From NCBI GenBank assembly GCA_041645325.1, contig JBAZQI010000001.1, positions 8,945-72,944 of the forward strand: a stretch of 64,000 nucleotides of DNA. The letters are read 5' to 3'. Of this stretch, positions 9,535 to 18,649 are shown piece after piece. The notes beneath the pieces are model-generated. The model was not told the DNA's origin, searched no databases, and saw nothing but the letters and a program-made list of their open reading frames with translations. Position numbers and translations under genes: made by a program. This DNA is from an archaeon. Its GTDB lineage: Archaea; Iainarchaeota; Iainarchaeia; Iainarchaeales; GCA-2688035. Each line of letters begins with the position of its first letter. The stretch's first letter is position 1.

Positions 9535-10151
9535 CTGGAAAGCCTTTTCTTGCCGTAGAGTTCCAGCAGGGTTTCTTTACTTGGCACATTTTGATTTGGG
9601 CTTCTGGGCAGTCTTGCCTTGATTCCAAACTGCTTAAGCCTTTTCCAGATAGTAGCTTGACAGCAGTTGTATTTCTCAGCTATTTCAAAGGTTGTCAAAC
9701 CCTGTTTTATGTAAAGTTCAATTAGTTCCTTTTTGGTTATTTTTACAAAGCGGCCGTTTGAAGGCTTGGTCTTTATTTTATATTCCCTAAGCCTGTTGAG
9801 AATTGTAGTCATTTTGCAGTCAAACACTTTGGCTATTTCGCTTGGGGCAAGTTTTCTCTTTTCGTATAATTCAATCAAGTCCTCTTTTGGGATTTTTATC
9901 TTCTTTTTCTTTACAAAAAGTTTCACTGCTTCAGCAGTTGTTCTGGGCTTAATGCCATAAAATTTCAGCCAGTAGCAGATTGAGCCGGCGGTTCGGTCAA
10001 AAAGTTTCCCTATTTCTGATGTAGGACGTTTCTGCCTAGTGTACAACTCTTCCAACACTTCTTTCGAAATTTCAGCTTTCACTCTCCCACCGCACAAAAT
10101 ACGGTTTTGCCGTTTAAAATCGCTTTGAAAGAGCAGGTTTCCGCTAATCAC
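9480..10151 (-). pseudogene. four tandem ~45-aa helix-turn-helix repeats, 5' part of the frameshifted homing-endonuclease gene
   Basis: Repeats KE(V/D)L(E/I)ELY..(K/R)....EI.K......TI..RLK.(Y/F)GIK(P/T/A)R appear 4 times. GTG start overlaps the stop of a 34-codon upstream ORF (GTGA). Confidence 0.6.
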
Positions 10152-10252
10152 TGAAACCCCTCCCTATTCATGTTTTGCAGCAAGTCGTCAAAGGAAAAGC
10201 CGTCGCTGAATGGATTGCCTTTTGTTTCTGAAAGTTTTTGAGAAAAACTCAT
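10148..10252 (-). CDS. small acidic ORF (34 aa) translationally coupled to the HTH-LAGLIDADG gene
   Basis: MSFSQKLSETKGNPFSDGFSFDDLLQNMNREGFQ. Its TGA stop overlaps the downstream GTG start. Confidence 0.25.
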   Translation of the reverse strand: MSFSQKLSETKGNPFSDGFSFDDLLQNMNREGFQ

Positions 10253-10690
10253 CCATCATCACCTCCATTCAGAATGAATTTTTTCGTGGACGTCTCTGCT
10301 GCTTTTGGAGGCATTAAATCCTTTGTCCTGAGCGCAGCGAAGGCAAAGGTTTAAGCCGAGAAAAGCAGAGTCCTAAGAAAAAATTCGAAATTGGATGTGA
10401 TGGGGTTTTAATCAAACCCTTTTATTCCTTTCTGGTAAGGGTGCAGTTCGCTTTCCAAATCCTTTCTCCTTTGGCCGGTTTGCTTTCGCAATTGCTTACC
10501 TATAATTATTTCGGCGCACTAATACTTAAAGGGAATTTTTTCATACCCAACACGAATTTTTTGGTTCCCGACACAATAGCCGGCGGAATGCCATATTTTT
10601 TTTGGAATAAGGGAATTACCGGAAGCCTGCTCTCTTGGGGTGTGCTTTTAAAGGGAAAAAAGGGTATTTTTTTTATGGTGGGGGGAGAAA

Positions 10691-13600
10691 ATGGCGCTTG
10701 AGGAAGATGCTGATGATGAATCTGATTTTTCCCCTGATTTTTCTGCAAAAGCGGGGAAGGCTGGTGCGAAGCAAATTTCCCCTGATGAGGGAAGCGAAAG
10801 CCCCTATGTTTCCAAGTTTCTTGAATTTTTTGAGGCCAATTACAAGAAGGAATTGGAGCGGCTTGTTGAAAACTATCCTGACAAGAGAAGCCTTGAGGTT
10901 GACTTCAGGCTGCTTGAGCAGTTTGACATAGAGCTTGCGGACGCGATTTTGGACTCTCCTGACCTGCTGCTTGAAGCCGCAAAGGACGCGATTGAGCAGA
11001 TTGAGGTTCCTGCGCTTGAAATTGAAATCTTTTCTCCGCATGTGCGCTTTTTCAACATCCCGAAAGAGCATGAGCCTTTGGTGAGGGACATAAGCGCTGC
11101 ACAGCTTGGAAAGTTTATTGCGGTTGAAGGTGTTGTAAGGCAGATTACCACTGTGCTGCCAAAGCTCAAGGTTGCGGTGTGGAAATGCAGGCACTGCGGC
11201 AACACTTACGAGAAAGTGCAGGATGACCAGCAGCTCAAAATGCCTTCTTTCTGCGAATGCAGGCACAGGGACTTTGACCTTGTGCCGGAGCAATCCGAGT
11301 TCATTGACAGCCAGCGTGTTGAAATACAGGAGCCCTTGGAAAGGCTGAAGGGAAACGAGCAGGCCTCTACATTGCAGGTATACATTGCCGACGACCTTGT
11401 CAACAGGATAAGTGCAGGGGACAAGACAAGATTTACAGGGGTACTGAGGCTTGCGGTGCCGGACAAGAAGAAAACAGTTTACGGCAGGTACCTTGAGGCC
11501 TTTCATTTGGAGGAAACCCAGCGCGAATTCCTTGACGTTGAGATATCGCCTGAAGAGGAAAAGGAAATAAAGGATTTGGCGTCAAGCCCTGACATTTATG
11601 AAACGCTTATAAAAAGCATTGCGCCCGCAATTTACGGCCACGAAAAGGTCAAGGAATCAATCATCCTGCAGTTGTTCGGCGGCGTCAAGAAGAACCTGCC
11701 CGGCAACCAGACTGTGAGGGGAAACATCCACGTTTTGTTGGTGGGTGACCCTGGTTGCCTTGTTGCTGATGAAAGGATTGTGCTTGGCAATGGTGCAATT
11801 GAAAAAATCGGCAGCATTGGTTCAAGGCACTTGGAGGAAATAAACCTGCAGGTGCTCACAGGGCAGGGTGGCGCGAAAAGGGATACAGCAACTGTTTTCC
11901 ATTATTACAAGAGCCAGCCTGTGATTGAAATAGTTACAGAGAGTGGAAAAAGCATCAAGGGAACGCCAAACCACCCTCTTCTGTGCATTTCAAAAGAAAA
12001 CAGCCGTGTTGCAAGAAATTGGAAGCGCCTTGACGAATTCAGAGAAGGGGACAAGGTTGCGGTAGTGACTGGAATTCCCTGCACGATTACCCGTTACATT
12101 GAGACTGGCTTTAACCAATTGCCGCCTATTGGCGGGAGCAAATTCAAGGGTTCCTTACCTGAAAAGGTTACACCGGAGCTGGCTTCTTTTTTGGGTTATA
12201 TGGTTGGAGACGGCTGGGTTAGAAACTATGAAACGGCCTTTGTTGTGGCGGATAATGAAAAAGAGCTGTTGGAGCCGCTTCTCAAAATGTGTGAAAACCT
12301 GTTTGCGATAAAATCCTCTGTTGTAAGAAGAAAGCTTGAGGGAAGAAAAGTCTGGCTGAATTATGCAAGCATTTATTCGAAAAGCATTTCGCAAAACTTG
12401 CTCTTTTTGAGGGAAAAGCGTGTTCCAAACCCCATACTTAAGTCAGGCAACAAGGTTGTGGCATCCTTTTTGAAATGGCTTTTTACCGCAGACGGTTGCG
12501 TTTTCAACAATGGGCGGGGGAGGAGAGCTGTTTCATTTAAGGCAAAAAATATTGAACTGCTAAGGGACCTGCAAGTGCTTCTCCTCAGGTTTGGCATTCA
12601 CGGCAGAATAACTGGGAATTCACTTCAAATAAGGCGGGGCAGGGACATCATAAAGTTTGCGAAAAAAATCGGGTTTGCTTCAAAAAAGAAACGGGCTACA
12701 CTAAAAAAACTCGCGGAAGAAGCAAAGTCTTTTGCAGGGTTTAATTCCCAACGAAGCGAAAAAATAGTAAAAATTATTCAGCATGAGCCGGAAGATGTTT
12801 TTGATATTGAAGTTCCTGGCAGTCATCGTTTCATAGCAAACGGTGTCATCTCGCACAACACAGGCAAATCTCAGCTTCTTCAGGCCGCAAACACCATTGC
12901 GCCCAAAAGCATTTACACCGCGGGAAAAACCACGAGCGGCGTTGGATTGTGCATTGCGCCTGATTCTTTGGTGCTGAATGGCAATGGCTTTAAGAGGATT
13001 GAAGACTTTGTTGAAGAAAATTTCTGCAATGAAAAAGCGTTTGAGGAAATTCCCGGCGCATGGTCAAATATTTTTGATGGAAAGAGCCTTTCTTTGGACA
13101 ATGGGCTAAAAGCCGAAGAGGGAAAAATTTCCAAGATTTGGAGGCTAAAAGCCCCTGAAAAAATGTTTAGGGTGAAGACAAGGCTCGGAAAGGAGCTTGA
13201 GCTCACGCCGCATACTTCTCTTGTTAGACTAAAAGAGGGCAATGTTGGCTGGGTTGAGGCGCAGGAAATAAGCGAAGGCGATTTCATTGCCTGCGCAAGA
13301 AAACTGCCTGAAGGCGGCAGAAAAAACATTCCTGCAATCGGCATAATTGCGCATGACAAAAACGTGCGGATAAAGGACAATGTTGCAGTGCAATTGAAGG
13401 AAATAACCGACGGGCTTATGGCAAAGTACGGTTCTTTGCAGGAAATAGCCAAAAGCATTGGCAAAAGCAGGAATACGCTTTATTCAATCAGGAACAAAAA
13501 ATTCTATCACGGCATTTCTTTGAAGAATTTTGTTGAACTTGGCAAAGAGGCAGGATTTTCATTGGAAGCGCTTTCAGGGTGTGTTTCCACGATTTTCATA

Positions 13601-15577
13601 AGCTATGGAAAGGAAATGAAAATTCCGCGATATTTGGATAACGAGCGGCTTGCTTATTTGGCCGGCTTGGCTTTGGGTGACGGCAGCCTGTATGAGGCCG
13701 ATAGAAGTGCGTCTTTGAGGATTTTCAGCGCTTCACCGCAGCTTTTGCAGGAAGTTGACAACATTGCCCTGGATTTGTTTGGCTTGGAAGCTGAGAAGAT
13801 TGATGATGGAGTCAGGGTTCCTGCCAGGAGAATAAAATTCAGGGCTGTTTGTGAGCTTTTGAAGGCATTTGGCCTGGATAAAAGGAAAGGCAAAATAAGA
13901 ATTTCGCATCTTGCCTCGGAAATGCCTAACAATATTCTTTCAAAGCTCTTGCAGGGCTTGTTTGACACCGACGGCTGGGTTTGCAGTGGCAAAGACAGTC
14001 ACTGCATTGGCATGACAACGATTAGCAGGGATTTGGCGCAAAGCGTGCAGCTTTCTTTGCTAAAATTCGGCATCAGAAGCAAATTAAGGGAAAGAAAGAA
14101 AGCCGGCGTGCTTGCCGTTGGCAGAAAAATCTCTGTCACAAGCAGGCACAATCAGTATTGCATTGAAATAATGGGCAAAGAAAGCGTTGGGCTGTTCAAA
14201 GAGCACATCGGATTCAACCTTGCGCGAAAAAAAGAGAAATTGCAGGAACTTGCAACAAGCGTTCCAAAAGGCAACACAAACATTGATGTTGTTCCGCAAA
14301 TTCAAAGCCTGCTGAAAGCGGAGAAAGCAGAGTGGATTTACAGCAGTGGCAGGTCAAACATTTCAAAGGAAAAGCTGCAAAGGCTTGCAGGCGAGCAAGC
14401 ACTTGGCAATTCATTGTTGAAGCAATTGGCGGAATCTGATGTGATGTGGGAGCAAGTTGCGGAAAAGGTTTGCATAGAGTCGGCATACCCTTTTGTTTAT
14501 GATTTCTCGGTTGAAAAAAACCATAATTTTGTTGCAAACGGAATTTTTGTGCACAACACTGCATCTGCAGTCAAGGACGATTTTGGCGAGGGCGGCTGGA
14601 CATTGAAGGCTGGTGCGCTTGTTTTGGCCAGCGGCGGGGTTTGCATGGTGGATGAGCTTGACAAGATGGAGGCAGAGGACAGGAGCGCAATGCACGAGGC
14701 AATGGAACAGGGCATGATTTCAATAGCAAAGGCTGGCATTGTCACAAGGTTCAAGTCCGACACAAGCATCTTGGCCGCGGCAAACCCAAAGATGTCAAGG
14801 TTTGAGCCCTACCAGCCTTTCATTGAGCAGATTAATTTGCCGGCTTCGTTGATTTCAAGGTTTGACCTTTTCTTCATGATAAAGGACGTTTTGGACAAGA
14901 CAAAGGACGAGGCAATCACGGCGCACATCCTCAAAACGCACAAGGGCGGGGAAATGATTTCACAGTACAAGCAAAAGGGCAGGGTCATGCTGAAACAAGA
15001 CCAGGATGACATTGACCTTATTTCCTCGCCGCCGATACTGCCGGAATTGCTGGGAAAATACATTTCCTATGCAAGGCAAAACGTTTTCCCGATAATGAGC
15101 AAGGAGGCAATACAGCTCATTGGTGATTTTTACATCGGGCTGAGGGACATTGGGCGAAAAGAGGGAAGCTATGCGGCAACCCACAGGCAGCTTGAGGGCC
15201 TTGTAAGGCTTTCAGAGGCAAGCGCAAGGGTGCGCTTAAGCGACATTGCGGAAAAAGAGGACGCTGAAAGGGCAATAAGGCTTGTGAAGGCTTCTTTGAG
15301 CGATGTTGTCACAGACCCTGAAACAGGCAAGATTGATTATGACATCATTATGACCGGGCAGACTCACACCCAAGTTACGAACATGCGCAAAATCCTCACC
15401 ATCCTGAGGGAAAAGGCGAAAGAGCAGGACAATGTGCCGTTGCAGGATGTGCTCAACGAAGCTTCTGTGCAGGGAATTGACGCGGAAAGGGCGCGTGACC
15501 TCATAGCAAAGCTCGAAAAAAACGGCGAGCTCTACAGGCCAAGGCACAATTTCCTCAAGCCGACGAGAAACGAGTAA
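10691..15577 (+). CDS. mcm: MCM replicative helicase precursor carrying two inteins (mature about 724 aa)
   Basis: N-terminal OB/zinc (CRHCGN..CECRH). Walker A GDPG|intein|TGKSQLL. Walker B/arginine-finger region GALVLASGGVCMVDELDKM after the second intein. C-terminal wHTH. Confidence 0.9.
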   Translation: MALEEDADDESDFSPDFSAKAGKAGAKQISPDEGSESPYVSKFLEFFEANYKKELERLVENYPDKRSLEVDFRLLEQFDIELADAILDSPDLLLEAAKDAIEQIEVPALEIEIFSPHVRFFNIPKEHEPLVRDISAAQLGKFIAVEGVVRQITTVLPKLKVAVWKCRHCGNTYEKVQDDQQLKMPSFCECRHRDFDLVPEQSEFIDSQRVEIQEPLERLKGNEQASTLQVYIADDLVNRISAGDKTRFTGVLRLAVPDKKKTVYGRYLEAFHLEETQREFLDVEISPEEEKEIKDLASSPDIYETLIKSIAPAIYGHEKVKESIILQLFGGVKKNLPGNQTVRGNIHVLLVGDPGCLVADERIVLGNGAIEKIGSIGSRHLEEINLQVLTGQGGAKRDTATVFHYYKSQPVIEIVTESGKSIKGTPNHPLLCISKENSRVARNWKRLDEFREGDKVAVVTGIPCTITRYIETGFNQLPPIGGSKFKGSLPEKVTPELASFLGYMVGDGWVRNYETAFVVADNEKELLEPLLKMCENLFAIKSSVVRRKLEGRKVWLNYASIYSKSISQNLLFLREKRVPNPILKSGNKVVASFLKWLFTADGCVFNNGRGRRAVSFKAKNIELLRDLQVLLLRFGIHGRITGNSLQIRRGRDIIKFAKKIGFASKKKRATLKKLAEEAKSFAGFNSQRSEKIVKIIQHEPEDVFDIEVPGSHRFIANGVISHNTGKSQLLQAANTIAPKSIYTAGKTTSGVGLCIAPDSLVLNGNGFKRIEDFVEENFCNEKAFEEIPGAWSNIFDGKSLSLDNGLKAEEGKISKIWRLKAPEKMFRVKTRLGKELELTPHTSLVRLKEGNVGWVEAQEISEGDFIACARKLPEGGRKNIPAIGIIAHDKNVRIKDNVAVQLKEITDGLMAKYGSLQEIAKSIGKSRNTLYSIRNKKFYHGISLKNFVELGKEAGFSLEALSGCVSTIFISYGKEMKIPRYLDNERLAYLAGLALGDGSLYEADRSASLRIFSASPQLLQEVDNIALDLFGLEAEKIDDGVRVPARRIKFRAVCELLKAFGLDKRKGKIRISHLASEMPNNILSKLLQGLFDTDGWVCSGKDSHCIGMTTISRDLAQSVQLSLLKFGIRSKLRERKKAGVLAVGRKISVTSRHNQYCIEIMGKESVGLFKEHIGFNLARKKEKLQELATSVPKGNTNIDVVPQIQSLLKAEKAEWIYSSGRSNISKEKLQRLAGEQALGNSLLKQLAESDVMWEQVAEKVCIESAYPFVYDFSVEKNHNFVANGIFVHNTASAVKDDFGEGGWTLKAGALVLASGGVCMVDELDKMEAEDRSAMHEAMEQGMISIAKAGIVTRFKSDTSILAAANPKMSRFEPYQPFIEQINLPASLISRFDLFFMIKDVLDKTKDEAITAHILKTHKGGEMISQYKQKGRVMLKQDQDDIDLISSPPILPELLGKYISYARQNVFPIMSKEAIQLIGDFYIGLRDIGRKEGSYAATHRQLEGLVRLSEASARVRLSDIAEKEDAERAIRLVKASLSDVVTDPETGKIDYDIIMTGQTHTQVTNMRKILTILREKAKEQDNVPLQDVLNEASVQGIDAERARDLIAKLEKNGELYRPRHNFLKPTRNE
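11756..12859 (+). mobile_element. intein 1 (368 aa) inserted in the MCM P-loop, with LAGLIDADG homing-endonuclease domain
   Basis: Begins with Cys directly after GDPG and ends ...VISHN followed by T. Internal motifs LGYMVGDGWV and LKWLFTADGCV. Confidence 0.85.
12950..14557 (+). mobile_element. intein 2 (536 aa) in MCM AAA+ core, with LAGLIDADG domain
   Basis: Begins CIAPDSLVL... and ends ...GIFVHN followed by T. Motifs LAGLALGDGSL and LQGLFDTDGWV. Confidence 0.85.
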
Positions 15578-15647
15578 AAGCCCGTTATCCTTTGCCCAAA
15601 AGCGATAAAATAGTTATTTAAGCACTAATTCCCTTTTTTCTTTTGCC

Positions 15648-16469
15648 ATGCAGAGCGTTCTTGTAAAGCTTGTTGCCCTTTTTCTGGCAACACAGGCAAT
15701 CGGCCTTGTTGTCGGCTCTTCCCTTATTGCCGATATTGAATCAGGGCAGATGGAACAGCCCACCGTGTTCACCGACAACCCTGACGACCCTGTGAATGCA
15801 CTTGCCTTAATCGGCGGCATTCTTCTTTTCACCTTGCTGCTGCTGTTATTCATGAAATTTTTCAAGGGCGCCGGCCTGTTCAGGCTGTTTGAATTCTTTG
15901 TGGTGTTCACGGCTTCCATAATAGTTTTCAGCGTCTTTTTGCCGGGACTTGCCTTTCTTTTCGCTTTTGAGCTTGTTGCACTGAGGCTTCTTTTGCCTGA
16001 AAATGTTTCAATCAGGAACCTTGCCGCAATCATTTCCGTTGCAGGCGTTGGCGCACTCATAGGAATTTCCCTGGGCGTGATTCCTGTGCTTGTTTTCCTG
16101 ATCCTTTTGTCGGTTTATGATTTCATCGCGGTTTTCAAGACAAAGCACATGGTGAAGCTTGCAAAAGGAATTTCGAACAAAAACCTTGCCTTTACGGTTG
16201 CAATTCCGACCAAAGAGCACCAGTTTGAGCTTGGCACAGGCGACCTTGTCCTGCCGCTTGTTTTTGCCGTAAGCGTCATGAACGCAAGCATAGTGACCTA
16301 CCCTTTTTTCATTGTCCCTGCTTTGATGGTGCTTGCGGCCTCCCTCATCGGCCTGCTTTTCACAATAGGCTGGGTGAGCAGGCACATTGGGAAAGCCTTG
16401 CCTGCATTGCCTCCGCAGGCAGTGCTCATGATAATCGCCTGGCTTGCCTCAAAGGCAATTGGCTTTTAA
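15648..16469 (+). CDS. presenilin/signal-peptide-peptidase family intramembrane aspartyl protease (archaeal PSH-like)
   Basis: YD motif (LSVYDFIAV), GxGD motif (LGTGDLV) and PAL motif (KALPALPP) in successive TM helices. Confidence 0.75.
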   Translation: MQSVLVKLVALFLATQAIGLVVGSSLIADIESGQMEQPTVFTDNPDDPVNALALIGGILLFTLLLLLFMKFFKGAGLFRLFEFFVVFTASIIVFSVFLPGLAFLFAFELVALRLLLPENVSIRNLAAIISVAGVGALIGISLGVIPVLVFLILLSVYDFIAVFKTKHMVKLAKGISNKNLAFTVAIPTKEHQFELGTGDLVLPLVFAVSVMNASIVTYPFFIVPALMVLAASLIGLLFTIGWVSRHIGKALPALPPQAVLMIIAWLASKAIGF

Positions 16470-16584
16470 AAAAAGTTAAACAACCCTTCTTCTGCTTTTC
16501 TTGGAATGGCCATGAATTCCACTGGACTGGCCCTGGGCTCTTTTGAAATCGCGCTCGGCTGCTCTGAGATTTTGCAGGTATTCT

Positions 16585-16632
16585 CTGCGTTGCTTGGCTT
16601 GTGCCCTACTGCGTTGCTTGGCTTGTGCCCTT
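16585..16632. repeat. perfect 24-bp tandem direct repeat (2 units)
   Basis: ctgcgttgcttggcttgtgccct(a/t) occurs twice. It lies inside a 74-codon basic minus-strand ORF (RAQAKQRSRAQAKQR). Confidence 0.6.
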
Positions 16633-16750
16633 CTGTGCCTTTCAAGAAGTGCCTTCGTTTCGTTCCTATCCCTGATTGCCTTTGTAACCCTTACTACCAT
16701 TTTCTTTTCACCTTATATTATACTTCTTTTTTCATATTTTTAAACCTTTG

Positions 16751-17299
16751 TCACATGCCAAGCAGGTGGGCAAGCCAGGGAATTGACTCCATTCCTACGA
16801 ATCCTACCACTGCCACCAAAGAATACCTTAAAACCTTGCCAACCCAGGTTGCAAAAAAGAACCTTCTCAAATCGTACCTTATTATTCCTGCGGCGATTCC
16901 CACAATATCAAAAGGCAATGGCGTGAAAGCAAAAATGAAAATTATTGACATTCCCTTGTTGGCAAGCTTCTCCCCGATTTCAAATGTTTTTTCAACCTGC
17001 CCTTTCTTCATTTTTTTCAGCGTGTTTACGCCGACCATGCCAACCAAATATCCCGACATTTCGCCGATTGCCGCCGCGGTGCCTGTGACTATGCCGACGA
17101 GCAGTGCCGTGCCAAGGTTTGGCGCAAAGGCGGCCACGACAAACACCACCGGCTCCACAATAATGGGAAAGAAAATCGTGGCATTTGCAACTATTGTAAA
17201 AAGAAACAGTATGATGATGCCCCAGGGGTTGCCATAAACAAGGTCCCTGAAGAATTCCGCCGCTGCCTGCGGGCTTGTCACAAAAATGGAAAAATCCAT
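16751..17299 (-). CDS. DedA/VTT-domain membrane protein
   Basis: TVP38/DedA-like hydrophobic core. The start is set at MDFSIF rather than the upstream MCNCNSY. Confidence 0.7.
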   Translation of the reverse strand: MDFSIFVTSPQAAAEFFRDLVYGNPWGIIILFLFTIVANATIFFPIIVEPVVFVVAAFAPNLGTALLVGIVTGTAAAIGEMSGYLVGMVGVNTLKKMKKGQVEKTFEIGEKLANKGMSIIFIFAFTPLPFDIVGIAAGIIRYDLRRFFFATWVGKVLRYSLVAVVGFVGMESIPWLAHLLGM

Positions 17300-17336
17300 G
17301 TAGCTATTACAATTGCACAATTAATAATGTTTTCTT

Positions 17337-17575
17337 TAAGCCTTTCTTTCTAAAGAAAGAAAGCCTTGGGAAAGAAAGAAGCCTTTTTTGCTTGGGCAAA
17401 AAAGCCTTGGGAAAGAAAGAAGCCTTTTTTGCTTGGGCAAAAAAGCCTTGGGAAAAGAAATTTTCCCTTTTTTTTTCGCCAGCCCCAAGCAAAGCATGGC
17501 TTTGCGGGCCTCGTACCCTGCAGGGCACTCGGTTTTTCCAAAAGGCTGTTGGGAAAAACGCCTTCGGCAAAAGGG
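17337..17575. repeat. array of AAGCCTTGGGAAAG / GCTTGGGCAAAA modules plus palindromes upstream of aIF2-beta
   Basis: (aaagccttgggaaagaaagaagccttttttgcttgggcaaaa) occurs twice plus a partial copy. Palindromes ctttctttctaaagaaagaaag, gcaaagcatggctttgc and ccctgcaggg are also present. Confidence 0.65.
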
Positions 17576-17620
17576 TTAAAAATGCTCGCAGGGGTTAATT
17601 GGTTTATAGGCCAAAAAGTG

Positions 17621-18034
17621 ATGAAAATGGATTATGATAAAATGCTTGAGCGGCTTTACGCAGGGCTTCCTGAGAGCACAAAAAAGCATGAGCGTTTTGA
17701 GATGCCGCTTGCGGATTCTTTTGTGCAGGGCAATAAGACCATCATAAAGAATTTTTCGGCAATTCTCAAGGCAATAAACAGGGATGGCAAGCACATGTTC
17801 AAGTTCATTGCAAAGGAAACAGCCACCTCCGCCGCAATTGATGACAACAACAGGCTTGTTTTGAGCGGAAAGTTTGACCATGGGCAGGTTAACGGCCTTA
17901 TAACGAGCTATGTCAACCAGTTTATTCTGTGTCCGGAATGCAAGAGGCCTGACACAAAGGTAATGGAAAAGCAGGGCATCAGGATGCTGAAATGCGAGGC
18001 CTGCGGCGCAATAAGCAGCGTAAAAGGGCTTTGA
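17621..18034 (+). CDS. eif2b: translation initiation factor aIF2 beta subunit
   Basis: C-terminal zinc ribbon CPECKRPDT...CEACGA. The ORF-track extension upstream of 17621 is repeat-encoded and is rejected. Confidence 0.85.
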   Translation: MKMDYDKMLERLYAGLPESTKKHERFEMPLADSFVQGNKTIIKNFSAILKAINRDGKHMFKFIAKETATSAAIDDNNRLVLSGKFDHGQVNGLITSYVNQFILCPECKRPDTKVMEKQGIRMLKCEACGAISSVKGL

Positions 18035-18348
18035 AGTATAAAAGGAGGCTGGTTCAAATCCTTTGCAAGGTTCACGGTTTTGGGCAAAGCGAGGTTCTTG
18101 CCGTTTGCGACAAGGAATTGTGCGGCAAGACCCTGAAAGGGCCTTTGGCTGATTTTGCCGTAAGCAAGTGGTTTTACGGCGGGGAAGGGCTCTCCGAAAA
18201 AGAATTGAGGGCCAGGCTGCGCGAGTTTGAAAACATAAACATTGTGGGAAACAAGGCTGTTTCCATTGCATTAGCCGAAGGCGTTGTTTCCGAAGAAAAC
18301 GTCATTGACCTTTCGGGCGTAAAACATGTGCAAATATTTAAAATCTGA
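17992..18348 (+). CDS. hypothetical protein (C-terminus ...GVKHVQIFKI)
   Basis: 118-codon ORF overlapping the aIF2-beta 3' end. Its last 7 codons plus stop are duplicated downstream of the TA cassette. Confidence 0.4.
   Translation: MRGLRRNKQRKRALKYKRRLVQILCKVHGFGQSEVLAVCDKELCGKTLKGPLADFAVSKWFYGGEGLSEKELRARLREFENINIVGNKAVSIALAEGVVSEENVIDLSGVKHVQIFKI
18325..18344 (+). repeat. direct repeat DR1 (catgtgcaaatatttaaaat), the 3' end of ORF 17992..18348
   Basis: 19 of 20 nt identical to 18948-18967. Both copies encode HVQIFKI followed by a stop. Confidence 0.7.
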
Positions 18349-18441
18349 CTTGCTTTTTTTTTTGGCGCGGTGCATTTTCCGTTGTTTTAAACTGTCGGTT
18401 TTTTATAGTTCTTTTTGCATTTATCCTATTGGTGTTTGCTT

Positions 18442-18630
18442 ATGGCTAACGTGACAATGGAAATGCTTTACAAGGAAATAAAATCGCTTAGGAAAGAGGT
18501 TGAAACAGTGAAAAGCGTTCTTATTTCGGAAGAAAAAGTCAGTGCCAAGGAATTGGCTGCAATCAGGGCAACAGAAAAAGAAATGCTTGCCGGCAAGGAA
18601 AAGCCCTTTAAAGAAATATTTGGCTGCTGA
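18442..18630 (+). CDS. putative antitoxin of RelE/ParE-type TA pair
   Basis: 62 aa, coiled and acidic (MANVTMEMLYKEIKSLRKEVE...). Located 20 nt upstream of the toxin. Confidence 0.45.
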   Translation: MANVTMEMLYKEIKSLRKEVETVKSVLISEEKVSAKELAAIRATEKEMLAGKEKPFKEIFGC

Positions 18631-18649
18631 CAAGCGCTTAATTCTGGCG

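Noticed and set aside
10673-11506. 277-aa minus-strand ORF overlapping the MCM 5' region
   Set aside because: Antisense to a confidently identified conserved gene, with no motifs.
17337-17470. Regularly spaced repeats resembling a CRISPR array
   Set aside because: The spacers between repeats are themselves identical (gaaagaagcctttttt), the units match the dispersed AAGCCTTGGG family, and no cas genes are nearby. This is a tandem repeat-module array, not CRISPR.
17470-17570. Possible tRNA upstream of aIF2-beta (GC-rich hairpins, GGGCCTCG resembling an acceptor stem)
   Set aside because: No cloverleaf could be built on either strand. The region consists only of independent palindromes (gcaaagcatggctttgc; ccctgcaggg).
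17366-17620. ORF-track N-terminal extension of aIF2-beta (MGKKEAFFAWAKKPWE...)
   Set aside because: It is encoded entirely by the tandem AAGCCTTGGG repeat array. Conserved aIF2-beta begins at MKMDYDK (17621).
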